NCBI GenBank assembly: GCA_027324805.1
Contig: DAHVRZ010000002.1
Coordinates: 85,658 to 149,657, forward strand
Length of the DNA: 64,000 nucleotides
Direction: 5' to 3'
Source of the DNA: Candidatus Parcubacteria bacterium
GTDB taxonomy: Bacteria; Patescibacteriota; Minisyncoccia; UBA6257; 2-01-FULL-56-20
Numbering within the stretch: the first letter of the stretch is position 1; every line of letters starts with the position of its first letter. The position numbers and the translations under genes were made by a program. This document shows, piece by piece, positions 47,199 to 57,262 of this stretch. Below the pieces are notes generated by a model. That model worked only from the letters and a program-made list of their open reading frames with translations. It had not been told where the DNA came from and made no database searches.

Positions 47199-49208
47199 AT
47201 GCCTACCTTCAAAAAACTCACCTCCGCGTGGGCCGTCACCGCGCTTTTTCTCATCTGCGCGGCATCGTTCGGTCTCATGTTTTGGGCCTCGCAGACCGAT
47301 TCCCCCATCATTGACGAACAGGCACACATTCCCGCAGGATACGGATACGTCAGCCTTCTCGATTACCGGTTGAATCCCGAGCATCCCCCGCTCGTGAAGG
47401 CGCTCGCGATGCTCCCTGTCTATCTTTTCGTGCATCCGACATTCCCCGCCACAAGCACGGCATGGACGAACGAAGTGAACAGCGAATGGAATGTTGGTTA
47501 TGACTTCCTTTATCGTTCCGGCAACAACGCAAACGCCATTGTCCAGGTGGGCCGTATCATGCCGATCCTCCTTACGATCCTCACCGCCATTCTCGTCTGG
47601 TTTCTCGCGCGAAGGATCATGGGTGCATTATGGGCGCTCCTCCCGGCCTTTCTTTTTGCGCTCGATCCCACAGTGCTCGCTCACGGACACTATGTGACGA
47701 CCGATGTCGGCGCGGCATTCGGCGTCGTCCTTTCGCTCATATTCTTCTTACGCTTTGTCGAAAAACCTTCCACAAAGAACCTCTGGCTCTCAGGGATCGC
47801 GTTCGGCGTCGCCCAGCTTGCCAAATTCTCCTCACCGCTCCTCGCGCCGTTCTTTATCTTTCTCGGTATCGTGCTCTGGCTGCGCGACATCGTCCCGCAC
47901 TGGCGCACGACCGAACGCGCGCGGCGCGCGGCGCTCTTTTGGCGACGATTCGGATGGTGGGCCGGCAGGATCGCGCTCATTTTCATCATTGGTTATGTAG
48001 TCATCGTCTATCCGGTCTACTTCCTCTTCACCGCCGGCGAACCCATCGCCAAACAGGCGTATGATACTCAATACATCCTCGGCACCGCCGCCGGCGGGCC
48101 GACCGTCCAGGGCGCGCTGTGCCACGGCATGCGCTGCCTCGACGATCTCGACGTCTGGATGTCCCACCATTATGCGACCCGGCCCCTCGCACAATATATG
48201 CTCGGCGTCCTTATGGTGCTTCAGCGCATCACCGGCGGGAATAGGATCTATTTCCTCGGCGAGGTGCGCAACTTCGGCGGCTGGATCTATTTCCCGCTGA
48301 TATTCCTCCTTAAAGAACCGATCCCGACGCTCATCATCGTGATCCTCGGATTCCTTCTTGCCTCCTGGTGGACGCTCCGCACCATGCGCGCCCGGGCGCG
48401 GGCGGTGCGGATGAACGGCGCGGCGAACTCCGGACGCACCCCCTGGCAGGCATGGGGAGGCCAGTTCGGCGATTACATCACCCGCCACTTCGATGAATTT
48501 TCGATGGCATCGTTCGTCGTCCTTTACTGGGGCATCAGCATGCATACGGAACTCGACATCGGCATCCGCTATCTCCTGCCGACCATTCCCCTCATCTTCA
48601 TCCTTGCCGCCGGCGTGTGGCGCAAATGGATCATGAACATTGACCTCTCGACCATCGGCACGGCCGTGCGCGGGGTAGGCGCCGCCGCCGCAAAATACGT
48701 ATTCCTCATCGCGCTCCTCTCGTGGTTCCTTCTTGAAGTGCTTTTCGCCGCACCGCACTTCCTCTCCTACTTCAACGAGTTCGGCGGCGGCACCTGGGGC
48801 GGCTATCACTTTGTGACCGACTCGAACTACGACTGGGGCCAGGATCTCCTCCGCCTGCAATCATTCGTGGACGCCCATCCGGAGATCAACACGATCGCCG
48901 TGGACTACTTCGGCGGCGGCGACCCTTCTTACTCTATGCCCGGCAAAACGGTTGCATGGTCATCTTCCATGGGCAACCCCGCGGACCAAGGCATCCACTG
49001 GCTTGCGGTCTCGGTGAACACGCTCGAACTCGCCACCCAGCCGCTCGCGCCCGGCATGACGCGGAACGCTTCGGACACGTACTCGTGGCTCACCGCACTC
49101 CGTCCGCCCGCCGATGCCTCGGGCACCTGGCTCGGCGGCGGCATGGGCAATCTTCCGACGCCGGATTATCGGATCGGCACATCCCTCTTCGTATACCATC
49201 TCCGGTGA
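47199..49208 (+). CDS. GT-C (family 39/ArnT-like) membrane glycosyltransferase
   Basis: DEQAHIPAGY, NPEHPPLVK, DSNYDWGQD; many TM helices. Confidence 0.88.
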   Translation: MPTFKKLTSAWAVTALFLICAASFGLMFWASQTDSPIIDEQAHIPAGYGYVSLLDYRLNPEHPPLVKALAMLPVYLFVHPTFPATSTAWTNEVNSEWNVGYDFLYRSGNNANAIVQVGRIMPILLTILTAILVWFLARRIMGALWALLPAFLFALDPTVLAHGHYVTTDVGAAFGVVLSLIFFLRFVEKPSTKNLWLSGIAFGVAQLAKFSSPLLAPFFIFLGIVLWLRDIVPHWRTTERARRAALFWRRFGWWAGRIALIFIIGYVVIVYPVYFLFTAGEPIAKQAYDTQYILGTAAGGPTVQGALCHGMRCLDDLDVWMSHHYATRPLAQYMLGVLMVLQRITGGNRIYFLGEVRNFGGWIYFPLIFLLKEPIPTLIIVILGFLLASWWTLRTMRARARAVRMNGAANSGRTPWQAWGGQFGDYITRHFDEFSMASFVVLYWGISMHTELDIGIRYLLPTIPLIFILAAGVWRKWIMNIDLSTIGTAVRGVGAAAAKYVFLIALLSWFLLEVLFAAPHFLSYFNEFGGGTWGGYHFVTDSNYDWGQDLLRLQSFVDAHPEINTIAVDYFGGGDPSYSMPGKTVAWSSSMGNPADQGIHWLAVSVNTLELATQPLAPGMTRNASDTYSWLTALRPPADASGTWLGGGMGNLPTPDYRIGTSLFVYHLR

Positions 49209-49275
49209 TACGTTGACTATATTTTTCAAAAACGCTTTAATCGTGACAGTTGAAGCTCTTTGACGGGAGGATGAT

Positions 49276-49506
49276 ATGCCCCGGAGGTTTTTCGGAATCG
49301 TTGTGCGGATATTCTTCTTCGGGTGCCAGCTTTTGATGGAGATCGGCGCCGGTGCGATGGCCATCATGATCCTATGGGCCGTTTTTGGAAGCAATATTCC
49401 CCCATCCACAATCCTCGACTACCTTGCCTATCTGACCGTGGCGATCGCCGTTTTCTTCGCCGCCATCTTCAGCTGGCACATGACATTCCGCAAGCGGAAG
49501 ATATGA
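49276..49506 (+). CDS. Small two-TM hypothetical protein
   Basis: Own TTGACT-17-TTTAAT promoter, GGAGG SD and downstream terminator. Confidence 0.65.
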   Translation: MPRRFFGIVVRIFFFGCQLLMEIGAGAMAIMILWAVFGSNIPPSTILDYLAYLTVAIAVFFAAIFSWHMTFRKRKI

Positions 49507-49514
49507 CGAACGAC

Positions 49515-49544
49515 GGCATCTCTGATCCCAGAGATGCCTTTTTT
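49515..49544 (+). terminator. Terminator hairpin
   Basis: GGCATCTCTG-ATCC-CAGAGATGCC-TTTTTT. Confidence 0.75.
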
Positions 49545-50409
49545 ATTTATAGAAAACCCTGTCTTGGGTCCTGCAGTCCACATATTGGAGCTTATCGAAG
49601 CCGGCCTGTCCTGCGAGCTGTTCGAGTACGGGAAGGTAATCGTTTGCCGGAAATCGAAGACTGAACTCGATCACGGGGCCGGCGACCGTCTGTGCATCCA
49701 CCTCTTCAAGTGAAAGGTCGCGAAGATCTATTTCCCTCACACCGATGCCGGTCGCGCGGAGCACGTCCATTACGGAAATGAAATTTGCGTTGAACTCTTC
49801 CGGGAGCACCGTGTTTCCCAGACCCCTGTCGGCCTGGGAATAATCATTCACCACGAAGATGAGATTCCCTTGCGTGCTGAGCGACTTCTGGAAAAGCACG
49901 CCGTCGCCGTCGAACCAATAGCATTGGCCGCTTCCGCCAACCTCAGGAACGGAAGATGATGAAGAAAATGAGACCTGCGCCGCCCCCTTCGGCAGGAAGC
50001 ACCATATTCCGAACGACTGTCGCTCCGTGGCGGCGATCGTCACGGTATGCGAGAAATAATCCTTGGAGACCGTCAAACCGGACAGTTCCGGCGCAAGCGC
50101 GAGCGTTGACGAAGGCACCCGATCGGGCCACGCAAACATATTCTTCCAGCCAAGCATGGCGCCAAGCCAGCCCGTCGTCATCGTTCCGGAAGGGTCCGCC
50201 TGCACGATGGCAATCACGTCGGCGGCCGCCATATCGGGTGCACCGGTCACGGCGACGCGCGCCACGCTGAAAAACGGGGCCCGCATCATGAACCACGCCA
50301 CTCCGAAAAATATAAAGTAGAGGACGAACACCGCAAGCGCGCTGAAAACCCAGCGCCTCATTCTTTTGCGCCGCTTTCTTTTCTCGGAAACGTACGGGGC
50401 GATCTGCAC
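49543..50409 (-). CDS. FtsQ/DivIB-like cell division protein
   Basis: Basic N-terminus, TM, POTRA-like segment, C-terminal LQYVDCR..RVFYK. Confidence 0.75.
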   Translation of the reverse strand: MQIAPYVSEKRKRRKRMRRWVFSALAVFVLYFIFFGVAWFMMRAPFFSVARVAVTGAPDMAAADVIAIVQADPSGTMTTGWLGAMLGWKNMFAWPDRVPSSTLALAPELSGLTVSKDYFSHTVTIAATERQSFGIWCFLPKGAAQVSFSSSSSVPEVGGSGQCYWFDGDGVLFQKSLSTQGNLIFVVNDYSQADRGLGNTVLPEEFNANFISVMDVLRATGIGVREIDLRDLSLEEVDAQTVAGPVIEFSLRFPANDYLPVLEQLAGQAGFDKLQYVDCRTQDRVFYK

Positions 50410-50439
50410 CTCTCTATTCTACTATGACACCATCGTCTT

Positions 50440-51297
50440 CTACCACTTTCCCGAAAGCACAAAATCGCGGAATGCTTTCATCACCGCCTTCGTGACCGGG
50501 CCCGGCATCCCATTGCCGATCGGCGCACCGTCCATGTGGACTACGGGCATCACCTCCTTATTGCTCGCCGCAAGAAACATCTCGCCTGCTCCCTTCAATT
50601 CATCGAACGAGAAGTCCCGCTCCTCCACCGGGATGCCTGCGGACGGAAGAATCTCCAAAAGCACGCCGCGCGTCACGCCTCCGAGGATGTTCGACTTCGG
50701 CGTCACGAGCTTCCCGCCGATCACCGCGAAAATATTGCACGTGGAACCTTCGTATACCTGCGCATCATCGTAATAGACCGTTTCAATGGCGCCCTGCTTG
50801 GCCGCTTCCTGGGCCTTTTTCACACCCTCTATATAATTGTTCGACTTCGCTTCGGGCGCATAGCGGCGGAACTTATCCGTCACCACCGCGACCCCCTCCG
50901 TATAGTGCGTCGCCGGGAACTCGTAATCCTTCCGCGGGTCAATAAGGATCGCTATCGTCGGCTGTTTCTCCGGCAGGAGCGTATGCGACGCGCCGCCCGA
51001 CAGGACGATCTTGATCGCCTTCTCCCCGCCATCCGCATTCGCGGCAAGCGCCTGCATGACCCACCCATGCACCTGCTCCTTGCTCCACGGCACCGCAAGG
51101 CCGATGAGCTCCGCCGACCGGAACAGCCGGTCAATATGACGGTCGAGATAGAACGGTTTTTGCCCGTTGTACGTTATCAGAAAGTCGAACACCGCAAAGC
51201 CGCGCATGAAGCCGAGGTCGCGGACGGAAACGACAAGTTCGCCCTCTTTCACCAGCCTCCCATCCAGGAAATGCGTCGCTGTTCCCGCGTCGTTCAT
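50440..51297 (-). CDS. Class IV PLP aminotransferase (IlvE/Dat/PabC family)
   Basis: RGFAVFD, HIDRL, AKSNNY, EGSTCNIF, ILGGVTR. Confidence 0.92.
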   Translation of the reverse strand: MNDAGTATHFLDGRLVKEGELVVSVRDLGFMRGFAVFDFLITYNGQKPFYLDRHIDRLFRSAELIGLAVPWSKEQVHGWVMQALAANADGGEKAIKIVLSGGASHTLLPEKQPTIAILIDPRKDYEFPATHYTEGVAVVTDKFRRYAPEAKSNNYIEGVKKAQEAAKQGAIETVYYDDAQVYEGSTCNIFAVIGGKLVTPKSNILGGVTRGVLLEILPSAGIPVEERDFSFDELKGAGEMFLAASNKEVMPVVHMDGAPIGNGMPGPVTKAVMKAFRDFVLSGKW

Positions 51298-51308
51298 GAT
51301 GATGGTTT

Positions 51309-52589
51309 TTATGCTCCGATTATTTGTTTTCCGACGTATTTCTGCAGTACCTCCGGAATCTCGACGGCGCCTTCGGGCGTCTGATAATTCTCAAGGATGG
51401 CGATAAAGATGCGCGGCGACGGGAGCGCGGTGTTGTTGAGCATGTAGACGAACTTGCGCTCGCCCGTCTTCGGATCGGCATATTTGACGTTCAGGCGGCG
51501 CGACTGCCAATCGGTGAAGTTACTCGCCGATCCGGTCTCCGCCCAGCGGTTCATGCCCGGAAGCCACGCCTCGATATCAAACGCGCGATATTTTCCCGCG
51601 CTCATGTCGCCGGAACAGATCGCAAGCCGGCGGTACGGCAGGCCGAGCTCTTCATGCATCTCGCCGGAAATGCCGGTCATCTCGTCCTGCAGTTTATTCG
51701 CAAGCTCGATATCCGCGGGTGCGAGCACCACTTGTTCCACCTTCATGAATTCGTGTACGCGATAAAGTCCCTTCACGTCTCTGCTATAGCTCCCGATCTC
51801 GCTTCGGTAGCACTGGCTGTAACCGCACAGCTTGAGCGGAAGCTTTTCCGCCGGCACCGTTTCGTCGGCATAGTATGCGAGGAGGGACGGCTCGGCCGTT
51901 CCCACGAGGAACTTCTGATCCTTGCTCTTCTCCCCTGTTACCTCCTTGTCGGAGGTCGCCACCTGGTAGATCTCATCCACCTCGGGATCGTACTCGGTCC
52001 CTTTGAAATATCCCGATCCGAAAAGCGGGAATCCTTTGACGAGCGTCGGCGGGATCATGGGCGCAAATCCCTTCTCTATCAGTTTATTGAGGGCATACAT
52101 CATGATACCCATCTGAAGAAGAACGCCGTCATTCTTCACATAATAGCCGCGGAAGCCGCCCACCTTCGTACCGCGGTCGAAGTCGAGGATATCGAGCGAA
52201 GTGCCGAGCTCGACATGCGTCTTCGGTGTGAAGTCGAATTTCCTTGGCTCGCCCCAATGATAAATATCCTTATTGTCCTCATCGCTCTTCCCCACCGGCG
52301 TATCGGGCGAGATCACGTTCGGCACGCGCGCCATGAGTTCGGCAAATCTCTGTTCGATCGGCTTCAGTTTTTCCTCCTGTTCTTTGAATTTTTCCTTGAG
52401 GGCCGCACCGGTCTCGCGATCTTTCGCCTTCTTCTGTTCCGCGCGGACCGCTTCCGCCGCCGCCATGAGTTCGCGGCGTTCGGCATCAACCTTCAGAAGC
52501 TCGTCAATGATCGCGGGGTCTATATTCTTTTTCGCGGCGGCGTCCCTCACCGCATCCGCATTCTCGCGGATGAATTTGATGTCCAGCAT
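51309..52589 (-). CDS. serS: Serine--tRNA ligase
   Basis: MLDIKFIREN, GTAE, CYRSEIGS, GLYRVHEFMKVE, ILENYQ. Confidence 0.97.
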   Translation of the reverse strand: MLDIKFIRENADAVRDAAAKKNIDPAIIDELLKVDAERRELMAAAEAVRAEQKKAKDRETGAALKEKFKEQEEKLKPIEQRFAELMARVPNVISPDTPVGKSDEDNKDIYHWGEPRKFDFTPKTHVELGTSLDILDFDRGTKVGGFRGYYVKNDGVLLQMGIMMYALNKLIEKGFAPMIPPTLVKGFPLFGSGYFKGTEYDPEVDEIYQVATSDKEVTGEKSKDQKFLVGTAEPSLLAYYADETVPAEKLPLKLCGYSQCYRSEIGSYSRDVKGLYRVHEFMKVEQVVLAPADIELANKLQDEMTGISGEMHEELGLPYRRLAICSGDMSAGKYRAFDIEAWLPGMNRWAETGSASNFTDWQSRRLNVKYADPKTGERKFVYMLNNTALPSPRIFIAILENYQTPEGAVEIPEVLQKYVGKQIIGA

Positions 52590-52665
52590 AGGAGTATCAT
52601 AGCGCAGGAATGCCCGTTTTTTCAACTTTATAGAATATTTGCCTTTTTGCGATACAATGAAGGCA

Positions 52666-53022
52666 ATGCCGGGAAAAGCGAAAAAGCCCAGTCTCAAGGA
52701 AACCTATCTGAAGGAACTCGCACGGCGCGGGAAGGAGTCGCACGTGTACCGCAAATACCAGCTCATGGGCCTTGAGATATCACAGACCCTCCGCGACGAA
52801 CGGCACAAAGCGCTCTATATAAAACTTGCCAAAGAAAGCGACGGCGACCGCCTGCTTGCGCTCGCAAAGGACGTCGCCTCGCGCGACGACGTGAAGAACA
52901 AAGGCGCCTACTTTATGGCGATCCTCAAAAAAGAATCTTCAGCGCGGATCGAGGCTACCGAAAAAGCAGAGAAGGAGAGGAAAGGAAAAACCGCCGGGAA
53001 TGGACAAAAGAACAGCAAATAA
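52666..53022 (+). CDS. Basic hypothetical protein
   Basis: HKALYIKLAK, KNKGAYFM; upstream of def. Confidence 0.7.
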   Translation: MPGKAKKPSLKETYLKELARRGKESHVYRKYQLMGLEISQTLRDERHKALYIKLAKESDGDRLLALAKDVASRDDVKNKGAYFMAILKKESSARIEATEKAEKERKGKTAGNGQKNSK

Positions 53023-53036
53023 GTTTTAATAATCCC

Positions 53037-53546
53037 ATGCCGACCCCTCACGTGCCCCCGGAGATGATGCTCATCGCCGATAAAAAAGGCGAAAAGATCC
53101 TGCGTAAAAAGACGGCGGCGTTCGATTTCTCCCGGTTCACGCCGAAGGACATCCGCGACCTCGTCGCGCGGATGCGCCGGATCATGCGCGAAGCGAACGG
53201 CATCGGACTTTCCGCGAATCAGATCGGTCTCGACCTCAAAATGTTCGTGGCCGAGGTGCCCGATGCGCAGGGCGGCCTCAAGTTCTATGCCATCTTCAAT
53301 CCCGAACTTGAAAAGGCGAGCAAGGAGACCGTGATCGCCGAGGAAGGCTGTCTCAGCATCCCCGGAAAATTCGGCGATGTCGGGCGCGCGCAGCAGGTCA
53401 CATTGAAGGGACAGGATAGGAACGGCCGTCCAGTGAAGATCAAAGCATGGGGACTCCTCGCGCGCGTATTCCAGCATGAGTGCGATCATCTGAACGGCAC
53501 GGTGTTCACCGACCACGCAAAGAAGGTCCACGATGAAACGGTCTGA
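53037..53546 (+). CDS. def: Peptide deformylase
   Basis: GIGLSANQIG, EGCLS, QHECDHLNG. Confidence 0.97.
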   Translation: MPTPHVPPEMMLIADKKGEKILRKKTAAFDFSRFTPKDIRDLVARMRRIMREANGIGLSANQIGLDLKMFVAEVPDAQGGLKFYAIFNPELEKASKETVIAEEGCLSIPGKFGDVGRAQQVTLKGQDRNGRPVKIKAWGLLARVFQHECDHLNGTVFTDHAKKVHDETV

Positions 53547-53556
53547 CGATGGCACA

Positions 53557-54417
53557 ATGAACTACGTTTTCTTTGGAACTCCGCGGTTCGCAGCGATCGT
53601 GCTCCAGAAACTGATCGGCGCCGGAATGCCGCCCGTAGCCGTCGTCTGCAATCCCGACCGTCCCGTCGGACGGAAGAAGGTCATCACCCCCCCGCCCGTC
53701 AAAGTGCTTGCGATCGCGCACGGCATCGCGGTGCTCCAGCCGGAGCGGCTCGACGCCGGATTCATAAAGACGCTCCGCGATCTTGCACCGGACGTATTCA
53801 CCGTCGCCGCGTACGCCAAAATAATTCCTCAAGCTGTGCTTGACATTTCCCGCCTCGGCACGCTCGGTACGCATCCCTCGCTCCTTCCCCGATACCGCGG
53901 GGCATCGCCGATCCAGTCGGCGATCCTCCACGGCGACCGCGAGACCGGCGCCACCATTTATCTGATGGATGCAAAGGTGGACCACGGACCCATCCTTGCG
54001 CAGGAAGCGCTCGCGTTCGATGCAGACAAGGAAAATTATCTTTCGCTCGAAGAACGGCTTGCGGAACTTTCGGGCACACTGCTCGCCGGCGTCCTTCCGC
54101 AATTCCATGCCGGAACGGCCGAAACACGCGTGCAGGACGATGCCGCGGCAACCTTCACGAAAAAATTCACAACCGAGGACGGCTTCATTTCCGACGAGGA
54201 TTTCCGCACCGCCGAAAGCAATGACGGGAACGGCACGGACCCGGGAGCCGCCCGCACCCTGCTCCACAAGATCAATGCGCTCAATCCCGAACCGGGCTGT
54301 TGGACCATGCGCGGCGGCAAGCGCATAAAACTCCTCGAGGCGAAACTCGACGGGCACGGCGCACTCGCGGTCACCGTCATCCAGGAAGAAGGCCAACGGC
54401 CGAAGCGCATTGCATAG
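53557..54417 (+). CDS. fmt: Methionyl-tRNA formyltransferase
   Basis: FFGTPRFA, HPSLLPRYRGASPIQ, DHGPI. Confidence 0.96.
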   Translation: MNYVFFGTPRFAAIVLQKLIGAGMPPVAVVCNPDRPVGRKKVITPPPVKVLAIAHGIAVLQPERLDAGFIKTLRDLAPDVFTVAAYAKIIPQAVLDISRLGTLGTHPSLLPRYRGASPIQSAILHGDRETGATIYLMDAKVDHGPILAQEALAFDADKENYLSLEERLAELSGTLLAGVLPQFHAGTAETRVQDDAAATFTKKFTTEDGFISDEDFRTAESNDGNGTDPGAARTLLHKINALNPEPGCWTMRGGKRIKLLEAKLDGHGALAVTVIQEEGQRPKRIA

Positions 54418-54501
54418 CGGAAACGGGCCGCTTTTTGACTAATCATTTCCGTCACGCTATGGTGACGACAGTCCGCTTGGCGTTTTTACGGAGGTACCAT
54501 C

Positions 54502-55005
54502 ATGATCGTCGGCAGTATCGAGTTTTGGAACGCGTACGATGCGTTCTTCAATGAAGCCCATCTTAAAGAATTCACGGAGGGATCGCGGTCCCCGCTGGTA
54601 AGCGACCTGTGCACAGCACTCGCCACCGCGCACTATACGGGAGAGCTCCACAAGCTCATCCGCCCCGATCGCGGATGGCATATCATCAATGCCTGGGTCG
54701 CGCTCCGGGGGGAATATCTGCGCGATGAGGTCGGTCATCCCGTCATCACGGTACGGCAGGGCGACGTGATCGTCGTGCAGCACCAATGGGACCGCGACGT
54801 CTTCATCACTCATTGTCCCGCCACGGAATGCATATGCGGAGCGATCTTCGGGGGCATGCGCCGGTGGCCGGAGTCGTTCGGCACGTTCATGCCGCTTTTT
54901 TCCCAGGCGTCCATACTGGCATGCATCCAGCTCAGGCTCACCAAGAATCATAACGAAGGCATGGATGCCGCCTTCAAGGAAGCGACTGCGTGGAATTGGC
55001 CGTAA
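54502..55005 (+). CDS. Hypothetical protein (no family recognised)
   Basis: TTGACT-17-TATGGT promoter, GGAGGT SD, downstream terminator at 55034-55063. Confidence 0.7.
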   Translation: MIVGSIEFWNAYDAFFNEAHLKEFTEGSRSPLVSDLCTALATAHYTGELHKLIRPDRGWHIINAWVALRGEYLRDEVGHPVITVRQGDVIVVQHQWDRDVFITHCPATECICGAIFGGMRRWPESFGTFMPLFSQASILACIQLRLTKNHNEGMDAAFKEATAWNWP

Positions 55006-55093
55006 CGAGGCCTTTTTCAAAACCCATCACCACAAGAGATCGGCTTTCACCGATCTCTTTTTTGTTCCTTTCCGTTCCACCCGGTTGCGGCGC

Positions 55094-55729
55094 TTATTTC
55101 GCCTCTTTGTATTTTTCCTCCACCTTGCTCCAATCAACCACGTTCCACCAATCGCCGATGTAACCCTTGCGATCGGCATTGTGCTTGAGATAGTAGGCGT
55201 GCTCCCACACATCGAGGCAAAGCACGGGTTTTTGTTTCTTTGAAAGCGGACTGTCCTGATTTGCAGTGGAGGCTACCGCAAGCTTGCCGTCGGTGCCGAT
55301 GACGAGCCACGCCCATCCGGAACCGAACACGCCCGTCGCGGCCTTTTCGAATGCCGCTTTAAACTCCGCAAACGCACCAAACGTATCCGTGATCGCCTTG
55401 CCGACCTCCCCCGCCGGTTCCGCATTCGGATTCGCTTTCGACGCCGCCACGGCCTCGGGGCTCATGATCGTCCAGAAGAACGAATGGTTCACGTGGCCGC
55501 CACCGTGATTGCGCACCGCGGTGCGGATATCCTCCGGCACGCCGTCAATGTCCGCGAGGAGTTCCTCGAGCGGCTTATCCGCGATTTCGGGATGCTTCTC
55601 GAGTGCGGCGTTCAGGTTGTTCACGTATGCCTGATGATGTTTTGTATGATGGATCTCCATCGTCCTCGCATCAATGAACGGCTCGAGCGCATCGTACGCA
55701 TACGGCAATTTTGGAAGTTCGTATTTCAT
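55094..55729 (-). CDS. sodA: Mn/Fe superoxide dismutase
   Basis: [31 protein letters not shown]. Confidence 0.96.
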   Translation of the reverse strand: MKYELPKLPYAYDALEPFIDARTMEIHHTKHHQAYVNNLNAALEKHPEIADKPLEELLADIDGVPEDIRTAVRNHGGGHVNHSFFWTIMSPEAVAASKANPNAEPAGEVGKAITDTFGAFAEFKAAFEKAATGVFGSGWAWLVIGTDGKLAVASTANQDSPLSKKQKPVLCLDVWEHAYYLKHNADRKGYIGDWWNVVDWSKVEEKYKEAK

Positions 55730-55751
55730 ATTTTTATTCAATGTTCAATGA

Positions 55752-56237
55752 TTAATGGTGACCGTGTCCTCCTCCCCCTCCTCCCTTCGATCCGCCGCCG
55801 GACGGCTTGGATGGCGCCTTTGCGGGCGCCGCGCCATGGGAATCGCCGCCGCCCTTTTTGCCGTCCTTCCCGATTTTTATTTTCTTGACCCCATACGAGA
55901 ATCCAAGGAGTCCCGCGAACAGTCCGACCTTGAGGACCTTTTTGAAGAAATTCCATCCGGCCTTGAAGACTTTTCCGATTTTTCCCCAGCCCGCACCGCC
56001 ACCACCGGTCTGCGCATTTACCTCCGCATTCGCATCCGCGACACTCAGCTCATTGTGCGGACCCTCCGCTCCCAATATCTCCTGCCTCAAGGCGGTCATC
56101 TTTTCCGCCGGGGATCCCGTCTCGACGCCAGAAGCATGAGTCTCCGCCCTTTCTCCATGCGAATCCTCCACGCGTTTCATATTCGCCATCGCTTCGGGAT
56201 CCGGGGGAAGAATTTCCGGCTTTTCTAGTTTTTCCAT
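55752..56237 (-). CDS. Hypothetical single-TM protein with Gly/His tail
   Basis: Acidic N-terminus, amphipathic and TM segment; divergent from the tRNA. Confidence 0.6.
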   Translation of the reverse strand: MEKLEKPEILPPDPEAMANMKRVEDSHGERAETHASGVETGSPAEKMTALRQEILGAEGPHNELSVADANAEVNAQTGGGGAGWGKIGKVFKAGWNFFKKVLKVGLFAGLLGFSYGVKKIKIGKDGKKGGGDSHGAAPAKAPSKPSGGGSKGGGGGGHGHH

Positions 56238-56341
56238 GTCATTCGTATCGGTTTCGATCCGGGACCTTTGCCCGGTATCCTTGTCACGTATTCCTTTATA
56301 TAATACATTACACGGAGCGCTTTCTCCATCGCGCTCTTTCT

Positions 56342-56412
56342 TGGGGGATCGTCTAATGGTAGGACAGCGGCCTTTGAAGCCGTGAATCCAGGTTCGAATC
56401 CTGGTCCCCCAG
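56342..56412 (+). tRNA. tRNA-Gln(TTG)
   Basis: Acceptor stem TGGGGGA/TCCCCCA, anticodon arm GCGGC-CTTTGAA-GCCGT, GGTTCGAATCC T-arm; CCA not encoded. Confidence 0.96.
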
Positions 56413-56431
56413 CATCTGATATACTATCTTC

Positions 56432-57262
56432 ATGCCTCCCCGCCTCATACTTTTCGAGGAATATGCGAAGATCGCGGTGATCTCCCTTGCGGGACTCGTC
56501 ATGCTCATCGGCGGCGGGATCGCCCTTTCCTGGTACAACGGCCAGCAACCCGCGCCGTGCAATGTTGCGGACATCACCCTTTACGGCACGCTTGTCTACT
56601 ATCCGAGCGAGAACAGCGGTGCGGCCTCGAGCGCCGCAGGCGACGGGACGCTCGACCAGACGGCGGCCGAAGACGTGCGGCAGCAGATCGAACAGGCCAA
56701 TGCCGATCCGAACATCAAAGCGATCCTTCTCCAGATAGACTCCCCCGGCGGCGATCCTGTCGCCGGCGAAGACATCGCGGACGCCCTGAAGCAGTCCGGC
56801 AAGCCGACGGTGGCGTTCGTCGCCGACGAGGGAACCTCGGCAGCGTACTGGGCGGCGACGGGCGCCAACGCGATCTTCGCGTCGGCGGATTCCGCGCTCG
56901 GCGACATCGGCGTGACGAACTCATATCTCCAACAGACGCAGCAGGACACCGCGAACGGCCTTCAATTCATCTCGATCACCGCCGGACCGTACAAGGATAT
57001 GGGCAACCCCGACTCTCCGCTCACGCCCGCCGAAAAGGACCTTCTTCAGCGCGACGTCAACATCACCTACCGGAACTTCGTCCAGCAGGTCGCCGCAAAT
57101 CGGAACCTTTCCGTGGCAAGCGTGACGGCGATCGCCGACGGCTCATCCATGCTCGGCCAGATGGCGCTCCAGAACGGACTCATTGACCACATCGGGAGCA
57201 TTTATGATACCGAGGATTATCTCGCCAAGAAGATCGGCGGCCCCGTTACGCTCTGCCAATAA
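56432..57262 (+). CDS. sppA: S49-family signal peptide peptidase
   Basis: IDSPGG, SAAYWAA, GDIGV, AGPYKDMG. Confidence 0.92.
   Translation: MPPRLILFEEYAKIAVISLAGLVMLIGGGIALSWYNGQQPAPCNVADITLYGTLVYYPSENSGAASSAAGDGTLDQTAAEDVRQQIEQANADPNIKAILLQIDSPGGDPVAGEDIADALKQSGKPTVAFVADEGTSAAYWAATGANAIFASADSALGDIGVTNSYLQQTQQDTANGLQFISITAGPYKDMGNPDSPLTPAEKDLLQRDVNITYRNFVQQVAANRNLSVASVTAIADGSSMLGQMALQNGLIDHIGSIYDTEDYLAKKIGGPVTLCQ

Noticed and set aside
56342-56412. tRNA-Gln as an integration site
   Set aside because: No duplicated 3' end noticed, and the flanking genes are not mobile-element-like
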